Source: Nitrospira sp. UBA2082
GTDB lineage: Bacteria > Nitrospirota > Nitrospiria > Nitrospirales > Nitrospiraceae
Assembly (NCBI GenBank): GCA_002331335.1
Contig: DCZO01000014.1
Span: 277,088-341,087 of the forward strand
Direction of reading: 5' to 3'
DNA: 64,000 bases
In this document: piece after piece, positions 37,220 to 47,433 of the stretch
Layout of the letters: each line of letters begins with the position of its first letter
Position numbering within the stretch: the first letter of the stretch is position 1
Made by a program: the position numbers and the translations under genes
The notes under the pieces: model-generated
What the model saw: only the letters and a program-made list of their open reading frames with translations
The model's database searches: none
What the model was told of the DNA's origin: nothing

Positions 37220-37469
37220 GCCACAACCCGCTTCTATCCCGATGAAATATTTATCCTCTGCCTCGTCCGATTAAGACTGGCTCATAAACAGTCCTGTTTT
37301 GCCAACAGCTCGCGACACAATCGTTTCAGAAAACCAACAGTCCCGGTGCTCCACATAGCCACCAGAGCCGCTTTGCGAGAATATTATCCCGCATACCAAT
37401 CACTCACCAATCAGCTTGCAATGGAGCACCGCCTCCCATATGATCCGCTGCTACCAACCAGGAGGTAGA

Positions 37470-38291
37470 GTGGGCTCGTTTGCCGCAATTCAGTTCCCCA
37501 ACATCGATCCGGTCTTTTTCGCGCTCGGCCCGGTGCAATTCCGCTGGTACGGCTTGATGTACTTGATCGGCCTTTCTGCCGCCTATCTGTTGATCAAACG
37601 AAAAACGGCTCGCAAGGATCTGCCCATTGCGCCGGATCAAGTCTATGACATGGTGGTCTTCGCGGCCTTGGGCGTGTTTCTTGGCGGAAGAATCGGGTAC
37701 ACCCTGTTCTACAATTTCCCCTACTACGCGGAACATCCCCTGAAGATTATCGCCGTCTGGGAGGGCGGCATGTCCTTTCACGGCGGCCTGCTCGGCACAA
37801 TTGTGGCCCTCCTGTGGTTCTGCAAGCGAACCGGAATTCCCATCTATACCGTCGCGGATTTGGCCGCAGCCGTCACACCCATCGGGCTCGGATTCGGCCG
37901 GCTCGGCAACTTCATTAACGGCGAGCTCTACGGAAGGGCAACCGACGTGGAGTGGTGCATGGTATTCCCCGGAGCAGGTCCGGCCTGCCGGCATCCATCC
38001 CAACTCTATGAAGCGGGACTTGAGGGCCTGCTGCTGTTCACTGCACTCTGGATCATCGGACGGTGGACCACGCCGCCGGGCACGATCTTCTGGAGTTTTC
38101 TGACCGGCTACGGCCTCTGCCGGTTGTTCGCAGAGCTTTTCCGGGAGCCGGATCAGCACATCGGCTTCATGTTCAGTCAAATCACCATGGGACAGATTCT
38201 TTCTATTCCCATGGTTGTGATTGGAATTGTCATGCTGGTCTGGGGATATACCAAGCCCTCACACCGCACCTCATCTATAGGGAAAATCTAA
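37470..38291 (+). CDS. lgt: Prolipoprotein diacylglyceryl transferase
   Basis: RWYGLMY, GGRIGY, GGMSFHGG, GRLGNFINGELYGR, HPSQLYE; GTG start after GGAGG. Confidence 0.96.
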   Translation: MGSFAAIQFPNIDPVFFALGPVQFRWYGLMYLIGLSAAYLLIKRKTARKDLPIAPDQVYDMVVFAALGVFLGGRIGYTLFYNFPYYAEHPLKIIAVWEGGMSFHGGLLGTIVALLWFCKRTGIPIYTVADLAAAVTPIGLGFGRLGNFINGELYGRATDVEWCMVFPGAGPACRHPSQLYEAGLEGLLLFTALWIIGRWTTPPGTIFWSFLTGYGLCRLFAELFREPDQHIGFMFSQITMGQILSIPMVVIGIVMLVWGYTKPSHRTSSIGKI

Positions 38292-38333
38292 GTTCCGGGT
38301 TTCGAGCCTCGAGACACCCACAGCGAGACTCGC

Positions 38334-38711
38334 TCAGTACGGCATCTCGTCGTCGTCCAATCCGACATGGTGCCCCAGTTCGTGCACCACGGTATCGTAG
38401 ACCTCTTGTACCACCTCCTCCGGAGTCTCACACTGACGGAGGATCGGCCCACGATAAATCGAAATCTTCGCCGGCTGCGTCCCCCCGGTCATGAAGAATG
38501 AGTCATCGGCCAACGACTGGCCTTGATAGAGCCCCAAGAGATCGTCCTCGCTGTCGAGTTCGAGATCCTCCAGCACGTCCCGCGGCGGCTCCTCCTCCAC
38601 CACGACGGCGATCGATTCCATCAGCTTGGCGTAGGGGGGCGGCAGATCGGCGATCGCCTGTCGAACCAGCTTTGCAAAACCTTCAGATGAGATATGCGCG
38701 CGCCCGGCCAT
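38334..38711 (-). CDS. Zincin-like metallopeptidase family protein
   Basis: LLGLYQG, ISIYRGPI, TVVHELGHHVGLDD (HExxH). Confidence 0.88.
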   Translation of the reverse strand: MAGRAHISSEGFAKLVRQAIADLPPPYAKLMESIAVVVEEEPPRDVLEDLELDSEDDLLGLYQGQSLADDSFFMTGGTQPAKISIYRGPILRQCETPEEVVQEVYDTVVHELGHHVGLDDDEMPY

Positions 38712-38727
38712 TGCAACATTCCCGCAT

Positions 38728-41700
38728 CTACAGTTCAATCGCAGCGCCGCACCGCAGAAAGAGCAGGTGAAATCGAGGTTCGGCGCTCAGGCTCTGTTTC
38801 ACTGCAGCCTTGTATACCTGACCTTGCACACGATACTGTTCCGCGCGACCCGCAGCCTGGGCAGTCGAGATCACATCCGTTTTATAGTCTGCGATCCACA
38901 ACTCTCCATCGAGCCGGTAGAGAACGTCGATGACCCCTTCCATAACCTGTCTGTCACCCCACGGCATGATGAACGGGACTTCACGGCCAAGGATCTGCGA
39001 CGATTGGAGCCGTGCATAGGCGTCCGACCGCCCGAAGGCAACAAGAAGTTCGTTCACAGATTCAACAACCGCTGCAGCATGAGACTCATCGTCAGGCCCA
39101 AGGGTGGTCTGAAGGACAGCGGCAGCCTGACCGAGTAACTTGGAGGGGTCCTGCGAAAAGTCCCATTGCTCGAGCAGGCGATGAACCACCACACCGGCCA
39201 ACCGGCCAACCGCCGCATCCTGTCGAACAGAAGTCATTTCACGCCTCAGCAGCACCATTCCTTTGCCCAGTGTCGTCGGCGTCAGGTGTTGCGGAGTCTC
39301 ACGAGCTTTTGTCCATCGAGCCCTCCGTACCCCCCACAGGGCTGCCACCTCTCGTGGATCGATCAATGCCGAACCGGCCGCCCCGTCCGATCGTCGGCGG
39401 GGGCGTCTTCGTTCCGGTGCCGCGACAACACGATGGGGAATCGTGCCACTGCCGATTTTCAAGGCTTCGGTCGAGGCGGCTCCAATCTCTCCCATGCTGA
39501 TGCTCTGCAGCAGCTCGAAGACCGTTTCGCCGACCGAGCGGGCGGTGATCCCCCCCGACAACAGCAACAACTCCTTCGCTCTGGTCATTCCCACATAGAA
39601 CACTCGTCGCCGTTCCGCTTCCTCACGCAGTCGCAGCTTATGTTGGACCAACAAGGAGCCGAGCGACCGATGCCGGTCCAGGGAGAGGCCATAGGTTCCG
39701 CTCGACCAATCATAGGAGACTTGCAGCGCACCCCGTTCCCGCCCGCTCCCCTGATGAAGGCCCGGCAGCACGACGATCGGAAATTCCAACCCCTTGGCTT
39801 TGTGGATCGTCAACACATGCACGGCTTCGAGGGACTCCTCGGCAAGCGGGCTCTCCGACTCATCCGGTTGTTCTTCCAGCCGGCCGATCATGAGATCCAC
39901 GAATCCACTCAGAGTCATGTGGGGCCGGTCTGCCAATGACGCAGCCGTCTGTTTCACCTTCATGAGATTCGCCACGGCCTGTTCGCCATGGAGCGACGCA
40001 GCGGCCAGATCAAGAAGCGGCAATCGGTCGAACATCAGCTCGATCGCCTCGTCCAACGGGAGAACCGGCATGGCCCGGTGGAGCCAGGCCAGATGCTCAT
40101 AGAGCCGCCTCACGGCAGCGGCGCGGGCATGTGTCCATGTCTCGAGGTGCGCGGCATGGAGAAAATTAAAGTGCCCTGCCTGCCTGAGTTCATAGAGATC
40201 CCGATCCGTCAGCCCTCCGAGCGGTGAGCGAAGGAGACCGGTCAAAGCGATCTCGTCATGGGGATGATCCACGACACGCAACAGATTGACGAGATCGATC
40301 ACCTCTTGGCGACGGTAGAAATGCTTTTCTCCCTCGATGACGTAGGGAATATCGTGCCGGCGCAAGGCATCAAGATAGGCATCGGCCTGCGTGAGCTTTC
40401 GAAACAGCAACGCCACATGACCCGGTTTCACCGACGGGCGGCTCAGGACCTCGTCGTTCAACCACCGAGCCAGCACTTCACTCTCGGCTCTGGTCGCCCC
40501 TGCCGCGTCGAAAGCCTCTTCCTCACCGTCCGGCGTCGTGACGCAGAGCCGCACTCCAGGCTCGATGGATGCGGGGCGCCGGTGAGGACGCACCTCCAAG
40601 CGAACGTTCGCCGGCTGGACCAGCGGCCGGCGCTCGAACAGCCGATCGAAAACCTCATTCACCGGCTCCAAGACTGCGGCGTCGCTTCTGAAATTCGTCG
40701 TCAGCGTCCGGACTATTCCACCATCAGCGGTGACTTTCTCCACGACCCGATCGAAGGCCTCGATATCGGCGCGCCGAAAGGCATAGATCGACTGTTTGGG
40801 ATCTCCGACAATGAAGAGTTTCCCCGGTTCGAGCGCCATGTCACGCCAATGAGCCGTCTGGCTCCCCTGCCGCTCCGAGACGGCGAGGATGATTTCGTAC
40901 TGCACCGGGTCAGTGTCCTGAAACTCATCGACCAACACGGCGCGATAGTCCCGTTTAATCCGTTCACGGACGGACGGGTGTTCGAACAGCAGCGCCCGGG
41001 CCCGCGACAGCAACCCATCGAACGAAAGCCAGCCCTGCCGGGCGAACGTTTCGCGGATGCTCCGTACGACCGGACCGAGCAAGTTCAACAGGTCGTTTAG
41101 GAATGCATGATCGACCGACAGAAGCTGTTGCGCCGTCTGGATCATCGTAGCGGCCTCTCTGAAATCGCCCTTCTCCCATCCCGCGACTACGTTTCCCAGT
41201 TCCTTGCCGAGCCATTCACGTTCCGACATCGTCACGTCGTGCCGGCCCTCCAACCCCTTTTCCGCCACCAGGCGCAACAGCGATACCGTGGCGGCCAGCA
41301 TGTGCTCGGCCTTACGGCGTTTCGGCCGGTCATAGACATTCATGAGATGCTCCGCCCGGGCGCCCAGTTGCCGCATCCATTCCGACAGGGCCGGCGACAC
41401 CACCGTCGAGGCCAGCTGCTGCTGTAGAACATTGAGATCGACTAATTCACTGCACAACGACCAGGCCAGCGATCGGACCGATTCGAGAGTGGTTGATGCC
41501 AGCACCGATCGCCACTGGTGATGGTGTACTCCGGCTGGGCTCAATTCCTGGTCGAGCCAGCAATCCCACGCAACGGTGAACTGTTCGTCAAATCGCGCTC
41601 CGTCGTCTTCTTTGAAATCGGGATCAACTCCACTCTCCAGCGGATGGAGCCGCAAGAGGTGCGCGGCAAAACTGTGAAGCGTACCGATCTGAGCCTTTTC

Positions 41701-42075
41701 GATATCGTGAAGTGCCGCCCGAGCCCGTTCCGCAATTTCGTCGCCGCGAAGCCTGTAGCGTTCTCGCAAGTCTTCGGGTGAGACCGCTCCCCCGTCGCCC
41801 GGCCGCATCCCCTCACCCTGCGGATGGGCGAGGACGGCGAGCCGCTCGCGCAGCCGCACTTTCATTTCGGTCGCCGCCTTGTTGGTGAACGTCAACGCGA
41901 CGATCTGCGTGATCGGGACCGGAGCCGGCTCTTTCATGAGGAGATAGACGAGGCGATTCACGAGCAAGGTCGTCTTGCCGGTTCCCGCCCCGGCCACAAC
42001 GACGACGTTGTAATCGAACGTCGTCTCGGCCGACTCCCGAGCCATCCGATCCGGAATCAGGAGCTCGTTAGTCAT
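38728..42075 (-). CDS. addA: AddA-like helicase-nuclease
   Basis: AGAGTGKT, VDEFQDTD, VGDPKQSIYAFRRAD, TIHKAKGLEF, C-terminal EGVIDV...IADYKTD. Confidence 0.9.
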   Translation of the reverse strand: MTNELLIPDRMARESAETTFDYNVVVVAGAGTGKTTLLVNRLVYLLMKEPAPVPITQIVALTFTNKAATEMKVRLRERLAVLAHPQGEGMRPGDGGAVSPEDLRERYRLRGDEIAERARAALHDIEKAQIGTLHSFAAHLLRLHPLESGVDPDFKEDDGARFDEQFTVAWDCWLDQELSPAGVHHHQWRSVLASTTLESVRSLAWSLCSELVDLNVLQQQLASTVVSPALSEWMRQLGARAEHLMNVYDRPKRRKAEHMLAATVSLLRLVAEKGLEGRHDVTMSEREWLGKELGNVVAGWEKGDFREAATMIQTAQQLLSVDHAFLNDLLNLLGPVVRSIRETFARQGWLSFDGLLSRARALLFEHPSVRERIKRDYRAVLVDEFQDTDPVQYEIILAVSERQGSQTAHWRDMALEPGKLFIVGDPKQSIYAFRRADIEAFDRVVEKVTADGGIVRTLTTNFRSDAAVLEPVNEVFDRLFERRPLVQPANVRLEVRPHRRPASIEPGVRLCVTTPDGEEEAFDAAGATRAESEVLARWLNDEVLSRPSVKPGHVALLFRKLTQADAYLDALRRHDIPYVIEGEKHFYRRQEVIDLVNLLRVVDHPHDEIALTGLLRSPLGGLTDRDLYELRQAGHFNFLHAAHLETWTHARAAAVRRLYEHLAWLHRAMPVLPLDEAIELMFDRLPLLDLAAASLHGEQAVANLMKVKQTAASLADRPHMTLSGFVDLMIGRLEEQPDESESPLAEESLEAVHVLTIHKAKGLEFPIVVLPGLHQGSGRERGALQVSYDWSSGTYGLSLDRHRSLGSLLVQHKLRLREEAERRRVFYVGMTRAKELLLLSGGITARSVGETVFELLQSISMGEIGAASTEALKIGSGTIPHRVVAAPERRRPRRRSDGAAGSALIDPREVAALWGVRRARWTKARETPQHLTPTTLGKGMVLLRREMTSVRQDAAVGRLAGVVVHRLLEQWDFSQDPSKLLGQAAAVLQTTLGPDDESHAAAVVESVNELLVAFGRSDAYARLQSSQILGREVPFIMPWGDRQVMEGVIDVLYRLDGELWIADYKTDVISTAQAAGRAEQYRVQGQVYKAAVKQSLSAEPRFHLLFLRCGAAIEL

Positions 42076-45000
42076 CGGCCACCTTCTGGGTCCGAAGCAG
42101 CTTCAGCGCTTTCGGTTCGGCCGCGCGATAGGCCCGCCACCAGGTCGGCGCATGTTCTCGCCGACAGACCACTCGGAATTCGCATCCGTCACAATAGCCG
42201 TCCGGAAGAATGAAAAAGCGTCCCGTACGGATTCCGTTCACTAACATTCTGATCGTGTTTTGGATGACCGCCCCGGTATCTGATGCCCACGACATCGTTT
42301 CAAACGTCGAGCGGCTGATCGGCGTCGACCACTGGGGAGCGAGAAACAGGAACTGCACCTGGCTCGGTGGAAGCTGTCCGGGAACGGTGAGGCAACTATA
42401 GAGCGGAGGTTGCAGCCGATACCCGCGGACCGCGGACTGGGCCAGGTGACGATCTTCCGGTTTCATGGCTGAACCGACCTTGAACTTATAATCGAGCACG
42501 CGGAGGGCGCCGGAGTGCCGGTTCCGGTCGAGCCGGTCGATGCGGCCACGGATCTTCAACAATCCTTCGTCAAGAACACCGGGAATGGTTCCTTCTCCAT
42601 CCACTTCAAAGGCAACCGGCGCGTAGGGATGCTCGGCTTGATCCGCTTCGTCGGCTTTTACCGCCTCCTGCACAAGCATCCCGATCTGTTCTTTCGCCAG
42701 CTGCCACAGCAGATAGTGGCCCGTTCGATGCTGCGCGTCCAGGTCTGTCGCCGCCTGGTCGACCGACGCACGGACAATCTGCTCGATGGCCTCGCCTGCC
42801 AGCCGTTCAGCCGGCCACCCGGCCTGCACGAGGTATTCATAACAACGGCGCAACGCGGCGTGGCAGAGAGTCCCGACCAGCGCCGCATCCGGTTCCTGCC
42901 CGATTGCCATGCGGCTTGATTCGAGTCGCAGCACATCCGCGGCGAAATATTGGAAGGGGCAACGCGCATACCGTTCGAGCGGTGTCGGGGCGACGCCCCG
43001 TTCGATAAGCCGGGTCCAATGAGGCTCGACTGCTCCGGTCATCCCATCGAAGGGATTCAGTGTCACGCCATCCTCTTCGATTCGACCGAGCGCCTCGGCC
43101 GCATGGCGAAAGGTTTCCGCATCGCGCCCAAGCGCCTGGACCAGCTCGATCGGGTTTTGCCCGTTCAGGGCCATCCACTGCGTCAGTTCAGCCGGAGGGA
43201 GAAACAGTTTGATGGTCGGCCGCTGCAGGACTCGATCGCTCAGACGGCGAGGCACCATCTCTATCGGCTGCTCATCCTGACCGAACCGGCGCCGGGCTTC
43301 TCCGAGATACGGAGAGGCAGCCAACATGCGCCCTGATTCATCGGCCCGTTGATAGGAGAGGTAGAGCCGTTGTCGCGCCGCCTGATAGAGCAGATGGAAG
43401 AGCAGCGTCTCTGCTCCATACGCCGTCAGCTTCTCGTCGATCTTGAATCCGAGCGTCTCGTCGAGCACGCGCCGGTGGCGGTCCCGGAGAAATGCGTCTT
43501 CCCGGATATAGCGTGGGAACACTTTTTCGTTCACACCAAGGACAAACAGGCCTTTGAAGGGCAGCCCTCGCGCCGCCATCACATCGAAGACCATGACCCC
43601 CTCTGATGAGCCATCGTGCAGGGGCGTCGTCGTTTGCTCGAATGCATGGGTCAGCAGCTCGACGAATTCCGCCCAGGTCATCTCCTCGTTGAGCGGCTCC
43701 AATTCGATGAGCGTGATCCAGATATGATCGATGGCGTCCCATATCATCGCTTGGCGAACAAGCTGAACGTCCTCAGCAGCTGATTCCCCTGCATCAGGGC
43801 GGCGCAGGCGCTGTTCGACGAGTGTTCGACAAGCCGTGACCATCCGACCGATCGTGCCTCGCGATGGCAGGGCCGAACAGTCTTGTATGAGCTGTGAGAC
43901 CACCTGCCAGAACAGGATGATGACCTCCGGCGCAATTGCCAGAGAATCCGCGAGGCTCTCGTCACCGTCGAGAACTAATGACACGTCGCTCACCAGCTCC
44001 AGCCGTTTCCACTCCTCGACCCCGTGCGTAATGTGCAGGGCTTGAACCAGTTGTTTCCACTGTTCGGGCCGGTAGAACGCCGACAGGTCATCATACAAAT
44101 CGGTGGCATAGAGCGGAGATGTCACGACATCCACCACCGACGCGCGGTACAAATCGTTCAACGGCAGAGATGCCAGCTGCAAGATGAGCTTGCAGATCGG
44201 TTCCTGAATCAACGGCCGCGACGCGGTCGTGCGAAAGGGAATCCGATGGCGGTCGAAGATTGGCTGGAGATGCGCACTGTACGGATCCAGCGTACGGGCA
44301 ATGACGCCGATCTCGCCGAATCGATAACCGTGAGTCTCAACCAGATCGAGAATCGTGCGGCAGGCCGCCGCCAATTCTTCTTCTGCCCCAATCACGCTCC
44401 GTATGCTGAGCTGGACGGAGTGTTGGGCCGCGGTGGACGATTCCTGCTCTAATCGGATCACCGCACCATCCGACATCGCCAGCGGCTGGATATAGCGATC
44501 GAAAAATCGCCGTGCGAATCCATAGGCCGGATCGTCTTCGAGCGGGAAGAAGACGGTCGTGTCCTTGGCTCGACTGACGGCGTCAAACAGAGACAGCTGC
44601 ACCTGCGTCAGGTCATAGAATCCGTAATAGAACACTTCCCTCAGCGACTGGAGGAACGAAGCAGTCGGAACAGAGGGGATGAGCGCCTCAGCCAGGTCGT
44701 CTGGTGTCCCGATCCCAAGCGTCCTGCCCGCTTCCTGCACCGCCGCGTAGAGTGTCACAAGTGCGCCGAGCCACTCCCGGTCTTCTTCCTCGAAATAGCC
44801 TTCCTGGAGGCCTTGCAGCGCCGGCCCTGGCTCGACACCCGCATCCTTCAAGTCGCGAATCGTCGCCCAGAGTGCGCCCCATGTGCCGAATGATTGCCCG
44901 ACCCGTTGTAACGGAGCTTGGCTGTTGAGCGTGCTGTGAACAATGTGGCGGACGAGTTGTTCGAAGAACAGCTCGTCAATAACCCGCGGCAACGGGCGAT

Positions 45001-45238
45001 CGACCGGCCCGTCTCCGGCCAGACGCAGAGCCAGTTGATGGAAGGTCAAGATATGCAGATTGAGCAGCGACAGCCCGTGTTCGACGGCGAGCAGCGTGCG
45101 AAGACGATCGGCAAGCGGCTTGGATGGAACGAAGATTCCAATCGGCGCAAGAGGGTCAGCGGCCTTCGCGCGTATGAGATGATCAACCAGAGCGGATTCG
45201 AGAGAAGGATGGAATCGACCGGTGACGATCTTCAGCAT
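42068..45238 (-). CDS. addB: AddB-like inactive helicase with PD-(D/E)XK nuclease
   Basis: ERYARCPFQY plus CDGCEFRVVC (four Fe-S Cys), RGRIDRLD...LDYK; overlaps the addA start. Confidence 0.88.
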   Translation of the reverse strand: MLKIVTGRFHPSLESALVDHLIRAKAADPLAPIGIFVPSKPLADRLRTLLAVEHGLSLLNLHILTFHQLALRLAGDGPVDRPLPRVIDELFFEQLVRHIVHSTLNSQAPLQRVGQSFGTWGALWATIRDLKDAGVEPGPALQGLQEGYFEEEDREWLGALVTLYAAVQEAGRTLGIGTPDDLAEALIPSVPTASFLQSLREVFYYGFYDLTQVQLSLFDAVSRAKDTTVFFPLEDDPAYGFARRFFDRYIQPLAMSDGAVIRLEQESSTAAQHSVQLSIRSVIGAEEELAAACRTILDLVETHGYRFGEIGVIARTLDPYSAHLQPIFDRHRIPFRTTASRPLIQEPICKLILQLASLPLNDLYRASVVDVVTSPLYATDLYDDLSAFYRPEQWKQLVQALHITHGVEEWKRLELVSDVSLVLDGDESLADSLAIAPEVIILFWQVVSQLIQDCSALPSRGTIGRMVTACRTLVEQRLRRPDAGESAAEDVQLVRQAMIWDAIDHIWITLIELEPLNEEMTWAEFVELLTHAFEQTTTPLHDGSSEGVMVFDVMAARGLPFKGLFVLGVNEKVFPRYIREDAFLRDRHRRVLDETLGFKIDEKLTAYGAETLLFHLLYQAARQRLYLSYQRADESGRMLAASPYLGEARRRFGQDEQPIEMVPRRLSDRVLQRPTIKLFLPPAELTQWMALNGQNPIELVQALGRDAETFRHAAEALGRIEEDGVTLNPFDGMTGAVEPHWTRLIERGVAPTPLERYARCPFQYFAADVLRLESSRMAIGQEPDAALVGTLCHAALRRCYEYLVQAGWPAERLAGEAIEQIVRASVDQAATDLDAQHRTGHYLLWQLAKEQIGMLVQEAVKADEADQAEHPYAPVAFEVDGEGTIPGVLDEGLLKIRGRIDRLDRNRHSGALRVLDYKFKVGSAMKPEDRHLAQSAVRGYRLQPPLYSCLTVPGQLPPSQVQFLFLAPQWSTPISRSTFETMSWASDTGAVIQNTIRMLVNGIRTGRFFILPDGYCDGCEFRVVCRREHAPTWWRAYRAAEPKALKLLRTQKVADD

Positions 45239-45247
45239 GGGAGAAAC

Positions 45248-45331
45248 CGTCAACCGTCAATGGTCATACGTCAACCGATAGGAAAGAGGCTCTCATCTGA
45301 ACGGTTGACGGATGACGAATGTCGAATGACG
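45248..45331. repeat. Palindromic unit of 4+4 inverted CGTCA(A/T)N heptamers
   Basis: CGTCAAC-CGTCAAT-GGTCATA-CGTCAAC, 28-nt spacer, GTTGACG-GATGACG-AATGTCG-AATGACG. Confidence 0.75.
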
Positions 45332-45336
45332 GATTG

Positions 45337-45495
45337 TTAGCCCGTTTCCGGTCCCAGTAATTCGCCGTTGCAATCGACGCAGGCCCAATCCCCGTCGATG
45401 AAGGACATGGGATCGCCACAGATCGGGCAATCAGGCGGAGGTCCCTTGGCGATGAGCGGGAGAAGATCCGGGAGCTCATTATCATCGTCGTCCAT
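45337..45495 (-). CDS. 52-aa zinc-ribbon protein (not in the ORF track)
   Basis: RBS AGGAG; MDDDDNELPDLLPLIAKGPPPDCPICGDPMSFIDGDWACVDCNGELLGPETG*. Confidence 0.75.
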   Translation of the reverse strand: MDDDDNELPDLLPLIAKGPPPDCPICGDPMSFIDGDWACVDCNGELLGPETG

Positions 45496-45505
45496 AGCGC
45501 TCCTA

Positions 45506-45716
45506 GCCCGCACTATTCATGACGGTTCGTGACGAAACCGTCGAAACGCCAAGCGAGACGGGCACGCGGAGCCTCGAGAGGCCGAGGCATACTTGAAACA
45601 GTATGTCGAGGTCACGAGGGGCGAGCCTGCCCGCTTGGCCGCAGACAAACCGCGGCCAGGCTTGTCGCAGCGGCGTGTCGGCGGTTGCAGTAGAAGTGTT
45701 CATGAATAATGCGGGC
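45506..45716. mobile_element. MITE-like element, 211 bp, TA-flanked
   Basis: TIR GCCCGCACTATTCATGA...TCATGAATAATGCGGGC, TA on both sides, no ORF; homologous to 49363-49552. Confidence 0.8.
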
Positions 45717-45982
45717 TATCCTTCGCGCTGTTTCAGCTTTAATTGAATTGCCTTTTCCGCGCTCTCCCGGCTCGGAACCCCGACGAACGTCAATCGCCCG
45801 TCGATGATGGTGGCGGGTACCGCACGGACGGAATGGCGATCCGCCAACTCTTGACCGTCTTTCGTCGTGATATCCACTTCCCGATAGGAAAAACTGTACT
45901 TCACTTTGAGCTGCTTCCACAAGCTCTTGGCCGAGGGACAGGCGCCGCAACTGGGCGAGACAAGTAATGTGATGTTGGGCAT
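45716..45982 (-). CDS. Thioredoxin/glutaredoxin-like protein
   Basis: SPSCGACP active site, VRAVPATIIDG cis-Pro motif. Confidence 0.9.
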   Translation of the reverse strand: MPNITLLVSPSCGACPSAKSLWKQLKVKYSFSYREVDITTKDGQELADRHSVRAVPATIIDGRLTFVGVPSRESAEKAIQLKLKQREG

Positions 45983-46071
45983 GATGCTTCCTGAACAAGT
46001 CCAAAACTAGTGAGACGTTGGAATCTTAGCACCCGCTGAAAAGTCGGCGCAAGGCGCAGAACCAGGACTGG

Positions 46072-47226
46072 TCAGAGCTCACGAGGTGCCCGCGGTATCA
46101 CACGCCTCACGATACGAAACCCTCGGGCGCGTGCGTCGCGCAGGATCGCGCGCCGGATCTCCCCAGGCAAGGCTTCCGGAGGATGGACACCGGCGAGATG
46201 ACGGGGAAAATGTTTGACAAACAGCGACGCCATGCGCGCCGTCGCCCACGCGATGGGCGACCGTAACTCACCCTGCCGGTACAGCAGATACAAGCTCGGC
46301 ATGGTGGCATCCCATCGAATCGTCATCCGGCGGTTCTCTTTGATACCCTCAACGACCACCGCCGCCGCAAAATGTGCATTGTGAAGGATCCCCCGCTGGA
46401 TCAGACGATCGACCGTGCCGGGCGTCGGCGTTCGCGGAAAGCGTGAGGATACGAGCCCTCGCGATTTTCTGAGCTTGCCCTGCCGATACCAACGTCGCAG
46501 GCGCTCGGCGTCCAATCCGCCGATTTTGGCATCCATCGACCGGAGCGGAATCACATGGGGCACCGTAACGACTTCATCTTGAGCTGCCAGCATGACCGGC
46601 ACCGGACCGATCGGCGCCGGAAAACGAAACATTTCGCGCTCCCCGAATCGCTGACCGAGCGAAAACCGGCCGCCATGGTAGACGCGGGGCCGAGAGACTG
46701 CCTCGTCAAAGGACACTTCCGCCGACCATTGCGATACCGGATGCTCGCTCTCAGTGGATTCATACAGCCGAACCTGAACGGTCTCGACCGAATCCAGCAA
46801 ATCCGCCGCTGCCGCCACAAGGAGATTGGTCAGCCCCGGCGCAACCCCGGCCGTAATGACAGCCGCCCGACGCTTCTCATGGAAACGCTGCCTGAACTGT
46901 AACTGTTCGGCGCAAAAGGGGCTCTTCGTCAGATGAGCGGCCGTATCGAGATAATGCGCCCGCAACCGGAGCGCGGCGCGGAGGACGATCCGATTACATA
47001 CAGCAGGAAGAGCGTTCACGACTAACTGGGCCCCCCGGGCAGCCTTGACGATGCTCCAAACATCGCGGGCATTCACCCGGTTGACCGTCACCGGAAGCTT
47101 AGCCCCCAGGAAACGGCGCGCCCGTTCCGGCTCTCGATCGCCGCACGTCACATGATGGCCCTGGCGAGTCAGGAGTTGAACGAGATACGAACCGGTTGCT
47201 CCGACCCCGAGCACGAAAATACGCAT
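46072..47226 (-). CDS. Saccharopine dehydrogenase-family oxidoreductase
   Basis: VLGVGATG, AHYLDTA, GVAPGLTNLL. Confidence 0.87.
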   Translation of the reverse strand: MRIFVLGVGATGSYLVQLLTRQGHHVTCGDREPERARRFLGAKLPVTVNRVNARDVWSIVKAARGAQLVVNALPAVCNRIVLRAALRLRAHYLDTAAHLTKSPFCAEQLQFRQRFHEKRRAAVITAGVAPGLTNLLVAAAADLLDSVETVQVRLYESTESEHPVSQWSAEVSFDEAVSRPRVYHGGRFSLGQRFGEREMFRFPAPIGPVPVMLAAQDEVVTVPHVIPLRSMDAKIGGLDAERLRRWYRQGKLRKSRGLVSSRFPRTPTPGTVDRLIQRGILHNAHFAAAVVVEGIKENRRMTIRWDATMPSLYLLYRQGELRSPIAWATARMASLFVKHFPRHLAGVHPPEALPGEIRRAILRDARARGFRIVRRVIPRAPREL

Positions 47227-47433
47227 GGGGTCGGGAGCTTACCACATCCAGCGGGCGGAGCGACAAATCAGGGATCAGAGTGCAATTTGAGAGGAGCGAT
47301 CAGCCCGGTTCAGCCGCTTGGCGCCCACTCGTCCAGTTTCCTCGCGACCTAGCTGCCTCATTGACACCTGCATCAAGAGTCCTTGAAAATGCCGGCTGCT
47401 TTTCTCCTCTCACAAGGAGAAGCAGAAAGATCG

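Noticed and set aside
38728-45238. AddAB pair as a novel helicase-nuclease defence system
   Set aside because: Order, size and Fe-S motif fit the ordinary AddAB recombination complex, with core-like composition.
45264-45485. 73-aa minus-strand ORF
   Set aside because: Different frame from the 52-aa CxxC ORF, which has the RBS; it runs through the heptamer palindrome.
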